Below are positions 30,064 through 40,814 of a stretch of DNA of 64,000 nucleotides, in pieces. Every line of letters starts with the position of its first letter. The stretch's first letter is position 1. The stretch is from Minisyncoccota bacterium (GTDB lineage: Bacteria > Patescibacteriota > Minisyncoccia > Moranbacterales > UBA1568): contig JBPPMJ010000003.1 in assembly GCA_051306005.1 (NCBI GenBank), forward strand, positions 329,171 to 393,170. Direction: 5' to 3'. The position numbers and the translations under genes are program-made. The notes beneath the pieces are model-generated. The model made no database searches. It had not been told where the DNA came from and saw nothing but the letters and a program-made list of their open reading frames with translations.

Positions 30064-31536
30064 TTCATTTCGTGCTTTCATCGGAGGAAAAATCACGGTT
30101 TCACGAATAGAGCGATTCATAAGAATCGCAAAGAATCGCTCGCTCATTCCAAAACCAAATGCTGGCGGCATCCCATATTCCAATGCTTCCAAAAAATCTT
30201 CATCTAACATCATCCCCTCTTTGTCTCCCGCGTCCCGCAACCGCATCTGCTCCTCAAAACGTTGGCGTTGATCAATCGGATCATTCAATTCAGCAAAGCC
30301 ATTGCCCAGTTCGCTTTTGACAGCAATCGGCTGAAAACGCAATGTGCGACGTGGGTTGTTTGGATCAAGCTTAGCTAATGGTGATACTTCTATCGGGTGT
30401 CCAACTAAAAAACAGGGCTGTATCAATTTTTGACGTACTGTTTTTTTATATAACGTATCAATCATTCGTCCTTTTCCATAAGAAGTTTCATAAGAAATGC
30501 CGAGTCCATCAGCTTTCTGCTTAAGTGTCGCAACATCGATATCTTGTGATAAATCAAGACCCGTTTCTTTCTGAAATTCAGTGAAATAATCAACATGTGG
30601 AAAATCAACATTCCAATGAATAGTCTCGCCATCATATTCTGTTTGCATTGTCTCACCAATCACAGAACGTACAATTTCTTTGTATAAAGCCTCTACCACT
30701 GCCATACCTTGTTCAAGATCCATATAGGCGACATAAAATTCCATGTGATCAAATTCCTGCAAATGCTCACGATCAACACCTTCATTGCGAAAAACTCGTC
30801 CGATTTCAAAGATGCGTTCATACCCGCCTATCAAAAGACGTTTGAGTGCCAATTCTAATGAAATACGTAAATAAAAATCCTGATCCAAAGCGTTGTGATG
30901 CGTCTTAAATGGTTCCGCTTCCGCTCCTCCTGGAATATGTTCCAAAACAGGTGTCTGTATTTCTAAAAAATTTTCCCGTGTTAAAAATTGACGTATCGTC
31001 TGCCAAAAAATATTTTTCTTACGAAACAATGCCCGTGTTTCCACGTTAACTAGAAGATCTAGATATCGTTGACGCAACAACGTTTCCTCATTCTTCAATC
31101 CATAAAAATCTGTCGGAATGGGGCGCAGAGACTTTCCTAAAATCTTCCAGTCCCGCACTTCCACCGTTTTTTCGGATTTCTTGGTTAAAAATACCGTACC
31201 CGTTACAGATATAAAATCACCATTTTCAATCGTATCCACAAACACACGCATCTTATCCGCACCCAACACTCCTTCTGACAAAAAAATCTGTATGCGTGCT
31301 GACCCGTCCTCTATATGTGCAAATCCGATTTTCCCCATCATACGGGAAGACCGAACACGTCCCACTATTTTGACCGATCGATTTTCAGTTTCCAGAATCT
31401 CGAAATCATCCAATACAGATTGATTCGTGTGAGTGCGATCTGTTTTTTCCGGATATACGGTACCAAAAACATCGATCAAGCGTTGAAGCTTATCATGTTT
31501 CGTCGCAACAATGTCATCTCGCAAAGTTTCACTCAT
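30058..31536 (-). CDS. lysS: Lysine--tRNA ligase (class II)
   Basis: OB-fold N-domain (VKIVGRVRSSRMMGKIGFAHIEDGSARIQIF) and class II motifs (FRNEG, GGYERIFEIGRVFRNEGVDREH, GFGMSERF). Its stop codon overlaps the 5' end of tRNA-Val. Confidence 0.9.
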   Translation of the reverse strand: MSETLRDDIVATKHDKLQRLIDVFGTVYPEKTDRTHTNQSVLDDFEILETENRSVKIVGRVRSSRMMGKIGFAHIEDGSARIQIFLSEGVLGADKMRVFVDTIENGDFISVTGTVFLTKKSEKTVEVRDWKILGKSLRPIPTDFYGLKNEETLLRQRYLDLLVNVETRALFRKKNIFWQTIRQFLTRENFLEIQTPVLEHIPGGAEAEPFKTHHNALDQDFYLRISLELALKRLLIGGYERIFEIGRVFRNEGVDREHLQEFDHMEFYVAYMDLEQGMAVVEALYKEIVRSVIGETMQTEYDGETIHWNVDFPHVDYFTEFQKETGLDLSQDIDVATLKQKADGLGISYETSYGKGRMIDTLYKKTVRQKLIQPCFLVGHPIEVSPLAKLDPNNPRRTLRFQPIAVKSELGNGFAELNDPIDQRQRFEEQMRLRDAGDKEGMMLDEDFLEALEYGMPPAFGFGMSERFFAILMNRSIRETVIFPPMKARNEG

Positions 31537-31640
31537 AGATACCTATCCATTGTAAACATTTTTTTCCAAAAAAACAATGACCGGCTTCAGAAAAGTCCAG
31601 TCATGTGTAATAATATCTTCTTTCTTATCAACCACTCTAT

Positions 31641-32096
31641 TTACTGAATAGACAGGATTTCATATTTAACCTTATTAACGGGTGTGGAAACTTCCACTTT
31701 GTCACCCTTGCGCTTGCCAATAAAGGCCTTTCCCAAAGGAGATTCATTGGAAATTTTTCCAACTGTCGGATCCACCTCATTGGACCCAACAATTTCAAAT
31801 AGTATTTCCTTTTTATTGACATTGACAGTCACTTTGGAGCCGATACCTACCACGGAAGAGCTCGTTTGTTTCGTTGCCACCACCGAATCCTTGAGCATTG
31901 CTTCTAACTCTGCGATACGACTTTCGTTCTCGTTTTGTTGATGCTTCGCTTCACTATACTCGGCATTTTCAGAAAGATCGCCCTGTTCCTTGGCTTCCTT
32001 GATGGCATCAGCAATTGTTTGACGCATTTTTCCCCTACGCTCTTCCAATTCACTCTGAAGCTTCTTCAATCCCTCTTCCGTAAAAATTCGTGCCAT
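31641..32096 (-). CDS. greA: Transcription elongation factor GreA
   Basis: 151 aa, with an N-terminal coiled-coil carrying GDLSENAEYSEAK, and a C-terminal FKBP-like domain. Confidence 0.9.
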   Translation of the reverse strand: MARIFTEEGLKKLQSELEERRGKMRQTIADAIKEAKEQGDLSENAEYSEAKHQQNENESRIAELEAMLKDSVVATKQTSSSVVGIGSKVTVNVNKKEILFEIVGSNEVDPTVGKISNESPLGKAFIGKRKGDKVEVSTPVNKVKYEILSIQ

Positions 32097-32241
32097 TGCC
32101 TTGATATTTAAAAAATAAAAAATATTTTTGACCTTCTAACCTGTTCGCTCTATTTCCGATAAAAAGAAAGAGGATAGCCAGAAAGTGCTCCTATCATAGC
32201 AAAATATACCGTCTTGTCAACTAAGGCTATTATTTACCTTT

Positions 32242-34152
32242 TCAGTGGCTGTTTTCTTGGATAATCTCAGGACGCGAAAAATACCATTCATACACATCTT
32301 TGGTCACTGGTACCGCATTATATCCTTCTTCTCCTTGTCCTTCGACCAAAACAATCATTGCCAAACTTGGATTTTTATATGGGGCAAAAGAAACAAACCA
32401 ACCATGCGTTTTGTTTGCAGTTCCGAATTGAGCCGTTCCCGTTTTACCCGCTATCTCCACAGAAAGATTTTTCAAAGACTGGGCAGTTCCATGAGAATCC
32501 ATAATCGTCGCACGCATTCCTTCACGGACAATCTGTAAAATATCAGGATTCACAATATTTGTTCGTACTTGATCTTCGCCAATGGTCGTAACAGCTCCAT
32601 CTGTAGAGCGTACTTGCGAAACAAGATGTGGAACATACAACGTGCCTCCGTTAGCTATGGTTGCGATAGAATTCAAGATCTGAATAGGGGTCGCGGTCAC
32701 AAAGCCCTGTCCAATAGAAGCATGATAATCATCTCCAATATACCAACGCTCACCAAGAGTTTCGCGCTTCCACACAGGGTCAGGAATAAATCCACTCGCT
32801 TCACCGGGAATATCAATGCCTGTCTTACTTCCATATCCAAACAAATTTTCATATCGTTTCATGCGTTCCATACCAAGTCCGGTAATATTGCCATATCCAC
32901 CCCCAACAGAATAAAAAAACACATCGCTTGATACCGCAATCGCTCGTCTGACATCTGTAAAACCATGTACTTTCCAATCACCAAAGAAAAAGTTTCCCAC
33001 ACTGATTCCTCCACGACTTTCAATCTGCGTATTCTCATTGATAACGCCTTCCGCTAATCCAGCTGTTGCCAATACAGGTTTGATAGTAGAACCAGGCGGA
33101 TACTCGCCTGCCACCGCACGATTAAAAAGTGGTAATGTTGGATCTTGAATCAATTTCTGATACTCTGAAACTTTGATATTTCCCGCAAAAAGATTATTAT
33201 CAAAACTCGGTAAACTCACTAATGCACGAATAGCACCATTGCGTGGATCAATCGCGATTGCCACTGCCTGTTTCAATTCTTGTTTGTTCAACAAATCCTG
33301 CAATCTATCAAAAAGTTTTTTTTGTAGTTCAGCGTCAACATTCAAAATAATATCGCTACCCGCTGTTGGCATAATCATACCAAGCTCCTTCGTTATGCGT
33401 CCGAAAGCATCCACTTCTGCCTGTTGGTATCCATGTTCCCCACGTAATGCTGTATCATAACTTTTTTCAATTCCCTGCTTTCCAATAGTATCTGTGAGTA
33501 AATAATCTTGGTGTAATTCTAATTCTTCTTTGCGTATCTTCCCCTCATAACCCAATATATGGGAAAAAATAAGACTATCAACATAACGACGCTTTGTGGT
33601 ATGATACAAACTCACACCTGGTAAATCATTTGCCCGACTGAGAAACAAAAGAAGCTCTTCCTGAGTCACGTGTTCTTTAAGAAATATCGGCTGTAATGAT
33701 TGATAATCTAATTTCTGAAATATCTCATTGAGTACCTCCTCATCTATGATAAATGTGGCTAACAACAAACGTCGTATCGTCTCTTGACGCGCAAAGTCTT
33801 GAGGCACATCAACAGGCGTAATGACAGCATCCATACTGGGAGTATTGTACACCAATTGTGTACCAAAACGATCATAGATAATACCGCGAGGAGCGGGAAT
33901 AACCAAAGATCGAACACTATTACGTTCTGCCGTTTCCCGATACAAGGAACCCTGTATGACATTTAATTGCACTACACGCCCCGCCAATACAACAAACAAG
34001 ATGATGGAAAGAATCCAATAAAAGCGCATAGGTGATCTCCGTAGAGACCATTCGATTTTTGTTATATCACTTTCTGTAATAGTCAAAACAGCGTCGTCGA
34101 TTTCCATTCCACGTTTCTTCATAAAAAAAATCTTTTTTTGAAACAAGCGCAT
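32242..34152 (-). CDS. mrdA: Penicillin-binding protein 2 (peptidoglycan D,D-transpeptidase)
   Basis: N-terminal TM, PBP dimerisation domain, and transpeptidase motifs STIKPV (SxxK), SSD (SxN) and KTGTAQ (KTG). It is located after mreBCD. Confidence 0.85.
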   Translation of the reverse strand: MRLFQKKIFFMKKRGMEIDDAVLTITESDITKIEWSLRRSPMRFYWILSIILFVVLAGRVVQLNVIQGSLYRETAERNSVRSLVIPAPRGIIYDRFGTQLVYNTPSMDAVITPVDVPQDFARQETIRRLLLATFIIDEEVLNEIFQKLDYQSLQPIFLKEHVTQEELLLFLSRANDLPGVSLYHTTKRRYVDSLIFSHILGYEGKIRKEELELHQDYLLTDTIGKQGIEKSYDTALRGEHGYQQAEVDAFGRITKELGMIMPTAGSDIILNVDAELQKKLFDRLQDLLNKQELKQAVAIAIDPRNGAIRALVSLPSFDNNLFAGNIKVSEYQKLIQDPTLPLFNRAVAGEYPPGSTIKPVLATAGLAEGVINENTQIESRGGISVGNFFFGDWKVHGFTDVRRAIAVSSDVFFYSVGGGYGNITGLGMERMKRYENLFGYGSKTGIDIPGEASGFIPDPVWKRETLGERWYIGDDYHASIGQGFVTATPIQILNSIATIANGGTLYVPHLVSQVRSTDGAVTTIGEDQVRTNIVNPDILQIVREGMRATIMDSHGTAQSLKNLSVEIAGKTGTAQFGTANKTHGWFVSFAPYKNPSLAMIVLVEGQGEEGYNAVPVTKDVYEWYFSRPEIIQENSH

Positions 34153-34161
34153 ACGAATTTT

Positions 34162-34716
34162 CTATGATCTAGTACGTAAAACGTCCCGTTGAGTGATTCT
34201 TTCAATAATCTGTTCGAAATATTTGATAGAAGCATACGCACAGAAAAATAGTGGAATGCCAGCACCAAAAAATAATGTCACATGATACCAAGACAAAGCA
34301 GAGAAGGTGATCATGATAAGCGTCCACATATCAACATTCCCGTTCAATCCCCAGAATAATGCATCAAAAATCATATAACCGATTGCTGAAAAACCAGAGA
34401 ATAAAGCATACGTTACCATACCAAAACCATAGTGCTCCACCAATAATCGTCGTGACAAAAAACTTGTAGCATAAGCCAAAAGTATAGCATACAATAATAA
34501 AGTGCTTGGTCGCCCATTGGCAACAATATCAAAAATCAAAGCAATGGGTATAAGTGAAAAGAGGACCTGTGGAAACCCGCGTATCAATGTCCACGCCACA
34601 ATTATCATAATCAAAAGGAATGGAGATCCAATCCCCTGAAATAAAATATCAAAAAAAGAAAATTCAAGAAATACAAGGAGTAAGATGAAAAAAAATCTTG
34701 CGAAAAAAATTGTCAT
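34162..34716 (-). CDS. mreD: Rod shape-determining protein MreD (inferred from position and topology)
   Basis: Small polytopic membrane protein between mreC and pbp2. Confidence 0.55.
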   Translation of the reverse strand: MTIFFARFFFILLLVFLEFSFFDILFQGIGSPFLLIMIIVAWTLIRGFPQVLFSLIPIALIFDIVANGRPSTLLLYAILLAYATSFLSRRLLVEHYGFGMVTYALFSGFSAIGYMIFDALFWGLNGNVDMWTLIMITFSALSWYHVTLFFGAGIPLFFCAYASIKYFEQIIERITQRDVLRTRS

Positions 34717-34719
34717 AAC

Positions 34720-35568
34720 TTACCGAGCATTCATAATAACAAACACGTACCGTAAATGATCGAATTTCAATGGCGAAATCAAAGGCGCCTGCTGAAAAAG
34801 ATGGTCATTCGAGAGACGAGCTTCCTGCAGAGTGCCGATAAGGAGTCCTTTTGGCATATCTCCACCCAAACCAGATGTAACGACGGTATCCCCAATTTTC
34901 AAAACGTCTTCTTGTAATACCATTCCAAAGGATAACCCAAGACCATACGCACCATTCACAATACCTTGAGCCAACGTATTGAGAGTAATCCCGCTTATCA
35001 AGCTCTCTGGATTAGAAATTAACATAATACGTGCATTAGATGGAAAAACTTCTACCACCTTGCCTACCAAAACACCGGCATCGACAATAACAGCCATCCC
35101 TTGGCGAATACCGTTCAATGATCCCTGATTAATGGAAATCCAATTACCTAAACCAGAAACATCCCGTCCAATAATTTCTGCTGATTTTAATTCAAAGCGT
35201 TCTCTTGGTAAAAGATTTAATTGCTGACGTAACATTTCATTTTCTTGCAAAATATCCTGAACATTGACACGCTCACTAAGCAAGTGCGTATATTCTTTTT
35301 CCAAACGCTCATTTTCACGTTTCAAATCACCAATAGAAGTGAAAAAACGTACTGTATCCACTGCCTCAAAAGCAGTAACAGATAAAATTTTCTGAATAGG
35401 CAAGGTGAGTGTCATAATCGACGCCTGCAAAGGCGCAATCATCCATGCGGGTACCCACACAACAAATAGCCACGCTAACAAAAAGAGGATGCTTGCGCGA
35501 AACAATTTCGTCTGCCTGATTTTTCTTCTTACCGCCATAGGCATTCCTCTGTGCACATATCTTATCAA
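34720..35568 (-). CDS. mreC: Rod shape-determining protein MreC
   Basis: N-terminal TM, a coiled-coil (LKRENERLEKEYTHLLSER) and a C-terminal beta domain (GDTVVTSGLGGDMPKGLLIG). Confidence 0.8.
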   Translation of the reverse strand: MIRYVHRGMPMAVRRKIRQTKLFRASILFLLAWLFVVWVPAWMIAPLQASIMTLTLPIQKILSVTAFEAVDTVRFFTSIGDLKRENERLEKEYTHLLSERVNVQDILQENEMLRQQLNLLPRERFELKSAEIIGRDVSGLGNWISINQGSLNGIRQGMAVIVDAGVLVGKVVEVFPSNARIMLISNPESLISGITLNTLAQGIVNGAYGLGLSFGMVLQEDVLKIGDTVVTSGLGGDMPKGLLIGTLQEARLSNDHLFQQAPLISPLKFDHLRYVFVIMNAR

Positions 35569-35587
35569 ACACTTTTTTATGAACTAG

Positions 35588-36685
35588 CTATGATCCCAAA
35601 GGAGTATCTGTTTCCTTTTCAATCAGAACCTCCTTGAGATGATCCATATCATCCAATACAATACCAGTACCTCGTACAACCGCTGTCAAGGGATCCTCCA
35701 TCAAACGGACAGGGATACCAGTCTGGTTGGCAATAATTTTGTCCAGACCACGAATAAGACTACCTCCACCAGCAAGAATAATTCCCCGATGCATAATATC
35801 CGACAAAAGCTCTGGCGGAGTCTCTTCAACAATCGTTTTGATATTATTCATAATAATACGAATGGAACGCGACAATGCCTCGCAGATATGTTCATCGGTC
35901 ACCATAACCTGTTTGGGCAAACCAGAAACCAAATCGCGACCACGTAATGAAAATGTCAAACGTTCACGCTGTGGATAGGCGCTCCCGATAGCGATTTTTG
36001 CCTCTTCTGCTGTTTTCTCACCAATCAAAAGATTGAACTCGTCTCGACTGTATCGTACGATATCTTCATTCATTTCATCACCAGCCACACGTAAACTCCG
36101 CGATAAAACAACTCCGCCCAACGAGATGACTGCAATTTCAGTTGTTCCTCCACCGATATCAACCACCATATTCCCCGTTGCATCAATAACTGGCAAACGT
36201 GCTCCAATGGCTGCTGCCATCGGTTCATCAATCAAAAATACCTGTCGCGCACCGGCATTCTGTGCCGCTTCCATAACAGCGCGTTTTTCCACCTCTGTTA
36301 CTCCAGAAGGAATACCAATCAATACACGTGGTCGTCGAAAAAAAGAAAAACTTTCCGCCGAAACCTTGTTAATAAAATAACGCAACATTTGTTCAGTTAC
36401 TTCGAAATCACTGACTACGCCGTCTACTAAAGGACGCATAGCAACAATATGACTAGGTGTCTTACCCACCATTTTTTTAGCTTCACGCCCAATAGCTAGT
36501 ATTTGCCCTGTTCGTTGATTAATTGCCACGACAGAAGGCTCATTTATGACGATACCTTTACCCTTTACATAGACCAGTGTATTAGCTGTACCCAAATCAA
36601 TACCGATATCTTGTGTTAAATGTCCAAAAAACCGCTCAACAATGCCTTTTTGGATATTTTTGAAAAAACGTTGGATGCTGAACAT
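35588..36685 (-). CDS. mreB: Rod shape-determining actin homologue MreB
   Basis: DIGIDLGTANTLVYVKGKGIVINEPSVVAI, DIGGGTTEIAVISLGGVV and GIILAGGGSLIRGLDKII are classic MreB/actin-fold motifs. Confidence 0.9.
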   Translation of the reverse strand: MFSIQRFFKNIQKGIVERFFGHLTQDIGIDLGTANTLVYVKGKGIVINEPSVVAINQRTGQILAIGREAKKMVGKTPSHIVAMRPLVDGVVSDFEVTEQMLRYFINKVSAESFSFFRRPRVLIGIPSGVTEVEKRAVMEAAQNAGARQVFLIDEPMAAAIGARLPVIDATGNMVVDIGGGTTEIAVISLGGVVLSRSLRVAGDEMNEDIVRYSRDEFNLLIGEKTAEEAKIAIGSAYPQRERLTFSLRGRDLVSGLPKQVMVTDEHICEALSRSIRIIMNNIKTIVEETPPELLSDIMHRGIILAGGGSLIRGLDKIIANQTGIPVRLMEDPLTAVVRGTGIVLDDMDHLKEVLIEKETDTPLGS

Positions 36686-36945
36686 AATAAAAACACAGAA
36701 AAAATAGGATATTCTTCATTCTAAATCATTTCTCAAAAATACTCCAGCTTGCATGCTATCAGAAAAAATCCAAGAACCTGCAGTCAATCATGATTCATGT
36801 TACGCGAAAAAAAACATACGGAGAAACATTCTCAACTCCATTTTTTGTTTTAATACTTTCGAGGCACGTATTCACATTGGTCAATACTATACTCAGTATC
36901 TTACTGATCTATGAGACACAACTGGCCATCATTCCTCTATTTTTT

Positions 36946-38367
36946 TTATCCTTCTTTCACTGATAATTGTATGCCAAGCTCCGCGAGTTGTATCGGGGTC
37001 ACTTCTGATGGCGCTTCCATCATCAGATCTTTTCCTTCACCGGTTTTAGCAAATGCAATGACCTCTCGAATATTAGGCTCATTCTGCAAAATCATCATCA
37101 AGCGATCAAAACCGAATGCTATCCCGCCATGTGGCGGTGTACCGAACGCCAATGCCTGCAGAATATGCCCAAAATTTTCCTCTATTTTTTCCGAAGGGTA
37201 TCCCATTATTTCAAAGACTTTGCGTAGTGTCATTGGAGTATGATTGCGTATACCACCACCGCCAACTTCATAGCCATTCAAAACCATGTCATATTGGGCA
37301 GCGACTATATTCTCGATATTTTTCTCTGCCAGCATGTCCTCTAGACACTCCTCTTTTGGCGCGGAAAATGGATTGTGGGTGAATGTCCATTGTCCGTCAT
37401 CAGTCTTTTCAAAAAACGGAAAATCTATAACCCAACAAAATGCCAACAGATTCGGATTGTTCTTATCTGTTCGCAAATCCGGCTTATCCGATTGGTACTG
37501 TTCCATCGCTTCTTGATAGGTCAAACGAGGAAAAGGTACTGCCTGTATTTCTTTTTCCGGATAAACAGTCTTGACTAATTCAATAATCATTTGTTCATTC
37601 AAGCGCATCATTTCTTCCTGCGTCACAAAACTCATTTCTATGTCAACTTGGGTAAATTCCGGCTGACGATCGCCCCGAGTATCTTCATCACGAAAACATC
37701 GAGCGATCTGAAAATATTTTTCAAAACCGGCAGACATCAAAAGTTGTTTGTATTGCTGAGGCGATTGTGGCAAAGCATAAAATTTTCCCTGCTCCAAACG
37801 GGACGGTACGATAAAATCACGGGATCCCTCTGGCGTTGATTTGGTCATATAGGGCGTTTCCACTTCCACAAAACCTTCACGTGTATAAAACGAACGGATA
37901 CACTGGGTAACCAGATGCCGATTGCGGATATTCTTCTGCATCCGCGGACGACGCAAGTCGAGGTACCGATACTTAAGACGAATTTCCTCATTTATCTCCT
38001 TCCCATCGGAGGCAACATCAAATGGTGGTGTTATCGCTTCGTTTAAAACCTTGATTTCCAACACTTCAATTTCAATGGTGCCGTTCAGTTGTTCCGTATT
38101 GACGAGTTTTTCCGGACGTGGATTGACGATTCCTGTCACCTGTATGACCCATTCGGAACGCAATGCTTGAGCGAAAATATGCGCCTCGGAATGATTGGGC
38201 AAAATAACCATCTGTACTTTGCCACTCATATCCCGCAAATCAATGAATATCAATTTTCCATGATCCCTCCTCACATCTACCCAGCCAGACAGCATCACAA
38301 TTTCCCCGATATGCGCCGAGACTTCAGTAATCAATATGCGCTTCATCGCTTCCATATACATCATCAC
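36946..38367 (-). CDS. aspS: Aspartate--tRNA ligase, compact form without a GAD insertion
   Basis: OB-fold N-domain, motif 2 FRDEDTRGDRQPEFTQVDIEMSF and motif 3 GGGIAFGFDRLMM. At 473 aa it matches the archaeal-type or non-discriminating AspRS length. Confidence 0.85.
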   Translation of the reverse strand: MMMYMEAMKRILITEVSAHIGEIVMLSGWVDVRRDHGKLIFIDLRDMSGKVQMVILPNHSEAHIFAQALRSEWVIQVTGIVNPRPEKLVNTEQLNGTIEIEVLEIKVLNEAITPPFDVASDGKEINEEIRLKYRYLDLRRPRMQKNIRNRHLVTQCIRSFYTREGFVEVETPYMTKSTPEGSRDFIVPSRLEQGKFYALPQSPQQYKQLLMSAGFEKYFQIARCFRDEDTRGDRQPEFTQVDIEMSFVTQEEMMRLNEQMIIELVKTVYPEKEIQAVPFPRLTYQEAMEQYQSDKPDLRTDKNNPNLLAFCWVIDFPFFEKTDDGQWTFTHNPFSAPKEECLEDMLAEKNIENIVAAQYDMVLNGYEVGGGGIRNHTPMTLRKVFEIMGYPSEKIEENFGHILQALAFGTPPHGGIAFGFDRLMMILQNEPNIREVIAFAKTGEGKDLMMEAPSEVTPIQLAELGIQLSVKEG

Positions 38368-38545
38368 AATAGCTTAAACAGTATCTCTAGCATACCAAAA
38401 AATAGAGATACGAACAAGGGAACCCTTTGTTTACTCGATAAATCTGTCCGTTTGCTGTGGCAAATAATATTTAGATATCCTCCACGCACCAAAAGACACG
38501 GAAGGTACATCATTGCTCATACATTAGAAATGAAAAACAAAAAAA

Positions 38546-39355
38546 TTACTGCTGTTTTTTGAAAAAATCATTCACTGCGTATGTCAACTCGCTTGGAGTA
38601 ATCTTGGTCTTGAGAAATGAACGGTCGACAAGTCCTGACGTCTCCAAGGCTTTCATCGACTCATCTTCCAAAGACGCAGAAAAAACAAAAATTGGTATAG
38701 ATTTTTTCTCCTCAATTTCCTTCAACCGACGGACGATTTCTCGTCCATCCATACCTGGCATCATCACATCAGAAATAATCATATCATAATTCCCTTTCAA
38801 TGCCTCTTCCAAACCCGATATTCCTTCCGGCTTACTCACCACTTCATACCCCTCATCACTCAAACGCTTGCCAAACATCTCTACAAAAACAACTTCATCT
38901 TCAATAAATAAGATACGTTTTCCTAATTTCGGACGATCTGTCGGGTCCATATTTTGACGAATTATATTTTTTTTCTGCTCTTTCCATTGATGTAAGAAAC
39001 GATTGACCTCTTCAACAACTTCCGAAGGAGAAAACTCCGTCTTGGAAATAAAGCCATTTGCGCCAAGATTGAGACATTCTTCACGGTCTTCAGTGCTACT
39101 CAAATTACTGAACACGATGATTTTCAAATCTTTCGAATACTTGTCATTGGCACGCAATTCCCGCAACACATCCATACCACTAATCTCTGGTATGACAAGA
39201 TCCAACAAGATCACATCGAACGCCTGCGTCAATACTGACTCCAAGACCGCTTTACCAGATGTCACATTGGTCACCTCAAACCCAGAAGTAGAAAACTTTT
39301 TTTTATAAATTTCCACAATAAACGGATCGTCTTCAACTAATAATATTTTTATCAT
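38546..39355 (-). CDS. Response regulator with two tandem receiver (REC) domains and no output domain
   Basis: REC1 reads MIKILLVEDDPFIVEIY...DVILLDLVIPEISGMD, and REC2 reads KRILFIEDEVVFVEMF...DMIISDVMMPGMDG. Both retain the phospho-acceptor Asp context. Confidence 0.8.
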   Translation of the reverse strand: MIKILLVEDDPFIVEIYKKKFSTSGFEVTNVTSGKAVLESVLTQAFDVILLDLVIPEISGMDVLRELRANDKYSKDLKIIVFSNLSSTEDREECLNLGANGFISKTEFSPSEVVEEVNRFLHQWKEQKKNIIRQNMDPTDRPKLGKRILFIEDEVVFVEMFGKRLSDEGYEVVSKPEGISGLEEALKGNYDMIISDVMMPGMDGREIVRRLKEIEEKKSIPIFVFSASLEDESMKALETSGLVDRSFLKTKITPSELTYAVNDFFKKQQ

Positions 39356-39754
39356 ATATGAAACAACTCCAAATTATAAAAAGACATGTCACAACAACGG
39401 ACTGTTGTTAGTATACACAAAAAAAGACAAAGTATCAATCCTCTGTGCAAATTGCAGACCCGTTTCATGAAGAATGATTCTAGACACGACCGTCATTTTG
39501 TCTGTCTGTCCACATTCTTTGAAATATGCCACAAATCAAATAACTTGATTTTTGATTGCTCTACGGAGTCAATAATAAAGCGCAGACATAATTCGAGTGT
39601 AACATACTTTATAGAAGATACAGCTTGAATATATGAAACTTGTCCTGTTTTACTATCTGCAGCATTATACTCAGTAAGAAGTCTTCGGTGTTCATGAAAA
39701 TATCTTTTAGCAAGTGAATGAGATTCACTGATCTTAACTATTGCGAAAATTCCC

Positions 39755-40042
39755 CTACTTCCCCAACCCTTCAAAAGAAGCCTGATCGGAGGTGCCGGCC
39801 TTGATTTTGGGATTACTGAAAGGTAGTTCGACGATGAAACGAGAGCCTTTTCCCGGACCATCAGATTCGATATGAATATGTCCGCCATGCGCCGCGATGA
39901 AGTTCTTGCCGACGAAGAGTCCGAGTCCCGTACCAGAGACCACCATCTTGGTAGTTTCATTGCTCCGGCTGAATTTCTCAAACAGTTTTTTCTTATTTAC
40001 TTGCAAAAAACATCTAAATAAATTCCTGTCCAATAAATTCAA
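39755..40042 (-). pseudogene. Truncated histidine-kinase C-terminal (HATPase_c) fragment, a paralogous remnant of the 43561-45282 kinase
   Basis: Translates [64 protein letters not shown]. The full kinase ends ...[64 protein letters not shown]. There is no HisKA or TM region upstream. Confidence 0.6.
39773..39892. repeat. About 120-bp near-identical direct repeat (copy 1) of the histidine-kinase 3' end
   Basis: aaaagaagcctgatcggaggtgccgg...gaatatgtccgccatgcgc differs at only about 3 positions from 43579-43698. Similarity continues at lower identity for about 100 bp more. Confidence 0.8.
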
Positions 40043-40125
40043 ACAACGGTTTCATATTCTGCCACATTTCCCCAATAAAAAAAGTCTCGACTGTCATTGT
40101 GACAACCGGAGTGAAACCCTTTGTG

Positions 40126-40788
40126 CTATTTTTTCTGAACAATTGTGAGTCCATCACTTATAGGGAGCATACACATATCAACTCGACTGTCCTTATGAAT
40201 CTTTTGATTGAGATCATGCACTGCCTGTGTCACCTCGTCCTTTTGTTCGTCCAATACCTTCCCATGTCTGAATACATTGTCTACGAGTATGACCCCACCT
40301 TGACGGATCAATTGCAGACAATATTCATAATACATATCATGATTTATCTTATCTGCATCAATAAACGCTATATCGAAATAGTTTTCTTTCTTCTCTTGAT
40401 GTAACAATGTGTCTAAAGTTTCCTTTGCCTCGCCAACCCTCAAACTGATTTTCTTTTCCACTTCAACCTTCTTCCAATACTGTTTTGCTATATCTGTCCA
40501 TTCTCTGTTTTTATCACAAGTAATCACCTCGCCATTCGACGACATCGCTTGCGCAACAGCAAGTGTGCTATATCCAGTAAAAGTACCTATTTCAAGGTAA
40601 CGAGAACAGTTAGTAAGTCTTACTAAAAATGACATAAACTGACCCTGCTCAGGAGAAATTTGGAAATCACCCATAGGGTGATTTTTCATCTGCAATCTCA
40701 AAGATGCTAATATATCACTCTCTCTCAAAGAGACAGAGTGATAATAATCATACGATTTTACATCCATAAATATCGTTTTGCTCGACAT
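40126..40788 (-). CDS. Class I SAM-dependent O-methyltransferase (family 3, caffeoyl-CoA OMT-like)
   Basis: LEIGTFTGYSTLAVAQAM...GEVITCDKN...FIDADKINHDMYYEYCLQLIRQGGVILVDNV are the typical OMT family 3 motifs. Confidence 0.75.
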   Translation of the reverse strand: MSSKTIFMDVKSYDYYHSVSLRESDILASLRLQMKNHPMGDFQISPEQGQFMSFLVRLTNCSRYLEIGTFTGYSTLAVAQAMSSNGEVITCDKNREWTDIAKQYWKKVEVEKKISLRVGEAKETLDTLLHQEKKENYFDIAFIDADKINHDMYYEYCLQLIRQGGVILVDNVFRHGKVLDEQKDEVTQAVHDLNQKIHKDSRVDMCMLPISDGLTIVQKK

Positions 40789-40814
40789 ATCGGAAATATT
40801 CTTTACCCAAAAAA

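Noticed and set aside
39493-39981. 162-aa minus-strand ORF overlapping the histidine-kinase fragment
   Set aside because: It reads out of frame relative to the conserved HATPase_c fragment, is Ser/Arg-rich, and extends into noncoding spacer. It is most likely a chance ORF.
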